Positions 62,838 through 64,000 of a stretch of DNA of 64,000 nt are shown in pieces. Position numbers and translations under genes: made by a program. The DNA comes from Chiloscyllium plagiosum (Eukaryota): NCBI RefSeq assembly GCF_004010195.1, contig NC_057750.1:3344761-3408760 (forward strand), written 5' to 3'. The notes beneath the pieces were generated by a model, which saw nothing but the letters and a program-made list of their open reading frames with translations, searched no databases and had not been told where the DNA came from. Every line of letters starts with the position of its first letter. Position 1 is the first letter of the stretch.

Positions 62838-63428
62838 TGTGACGAAGCTGCTCCTTTCACAGGGTTATGCAGTCCTTGGTTTTTTAAGAGAAGTCCTAAT
62901 TGACACAGACTCCGATAAGTCTGGGATGTAGGGCTTTAGAGCCAATTTGATAATAACTAATAGATACTGTCTCAGGCAGAGGCTTTCAAGTTTTAAAGAC
63001 ACTTGCGCAATGAAAGGAGTGTGGCCAGTTCTCCCAGCTCAGCTTTGTTTTTTTTTAGCAGCAGTGTGAAAATAAGCTGCTGCACCCCAAAGAAGCAGAT
63101 CCTGACTGGTACTCTATCTCTGGTTTCTGTCCTTTAAGAACCTGTGTTTGATCTTACCTTTTGTGCCAAGGGGTGTTTATGGGGATTGTTGCAAGTATTT
63201 GGAACAGCCTCATTAAATTGGGATGATCTTTTGGGTTTTCGGAGAGGTTAGGTTATTCAGTATTCTGTTTCCTGTTGTTTGTGTTTCATTTAGTAAGCTT
63301 GTAAATAAATTCTGTTTTGTTTAAAGCTAAGTGGTTTGACCAGCTGATTCTCTCCTGGAATATCCACTGCACACCTGCTGAAAACAGCTAGCAAAGTTAG
63401 GGTCTGGGCTAACTTCTTGAAAGCAAGG
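62838..63428 (+). mobile_element. probable solo LTR related to 2052-2649
   Basis: starts TGTGACG and shares GTGGCCAG-TCTC, GTGTTTATGGG and AATAAATT-TGTTTTGTTTAA blocks with the 2052 copy. Confidence 0.5.
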
Positions 63429-63579
63429 AGAAAGTGAGGTCTGCAGATGCTGGAGATCAGAGCTGAAAATGTGTTGCTGGAAAAGCGCAGCAGGTCAGGC
63501 AGCATCCAGGGAACAGGAGAATCGACGTTTCGGGCATAAGCCCTTCTTCAGGAAATCCTTTCCAGCAACACATTTTCAG
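63429..63579 (-). mobile_element. short Penelope-like terminal-repeat insertion
   Basis: same repeat as 13558 and 32333; flanked by TTCTTGAAAGCAAGG at 63414 and 63580. Confidence 0.8.
63520..63554 (-). ncRNA. minimal type I hammerhead ribozyme motif (Penelope-associated)
   Basis: minus strand TC-CTGAAGA-A-GGGC TTAT GCCC-GAAA-CG-TC-GATT. Confidence 0.65.
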
Positions 63580-63845
63580 TTCTTGAAAGCAAGGTCCCAC
63601 TTTCTCAACCTTACCCTCTCCTGAGGTGTGGTGACCCTCAGCTTAAACCGCAACCAGTCAACTTCTCTCCCTCTCTCTCTCTCTTTAAAATGAGAGAGCA
63701 GTGCTAGTGTCTTCTGGGACTATGGCAACTTTGCTTTTGCCTTCAAATAATTATTTGATTCAATGGTGTCAATGGACATTTTGATATTGTTCATGATGCT
63801 GCATCTCTCTTTAACAATCATTGCTGATTTATTATGTCTTGACAG

Positions 63846-64000
63846 CTGAGTGAGCAATATGGACCTGTGTACACCGTCTGGTTTGGTACCTACCCTGCAG
63901 TGGTGCTATGTGGTTTTGACACTATTAAAGAAGCGCTGATTGAGCGAGGGAATGACTTTGGCAGTAGGTACCCTCTTCCAACGCTCCATAAAGCATCAGA
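63846..64000 (+). CDS. cytochrome P450 family 2 (CYP2) exon 2, runs off the window end
   Basis: cag|CTG; LSEQYGPVYTVWFGTYPAVVLCGFDTIKEALIERGNDFGSRYPLPTLHKAS, a typical CYP2 exon 2. Confidence 0.95.
   Translation, partial: MSEQYGPVYTVWFGTYPAVVLCGFDTIKEALIERGNDFGSRYPLPTLHKAS

Overview
Vertebrate genomic DNA, very likely a shark: it carries HE1-type V-SINEs, CR1/HER1-like LINEs and Penelope-like elements. One 500-N gap lies at 18718-19217. Three protein-coding loci are supported by splice-consistent exons. (1) The last nine coding exons of CLIP3 on + (504-20068). (2) A complete three-exon, 206-aa goosecoid-family K50 homeobox gene on - (35619-30575). It is too divergent to be canonical Gsc, and its TATA promoter carries paired FoxH1 and Smad motifs. 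(3) The first two exons of a CYP2-family cytochrome P450 on + (59659 to the window end). Non-coding DNA holds a decayed histone H2B copy, an intronless AP2A (alpha-adaptin) fragment, and a candidate alternative last exon of CLIP3. It also holds several short inverted Penelope-like insertions with target-site duplications that carry minimal hammerhead-ribozyme cores. Repeat boundaries are approximate. Homology calls are by eye against remembered sequences, not database searches.
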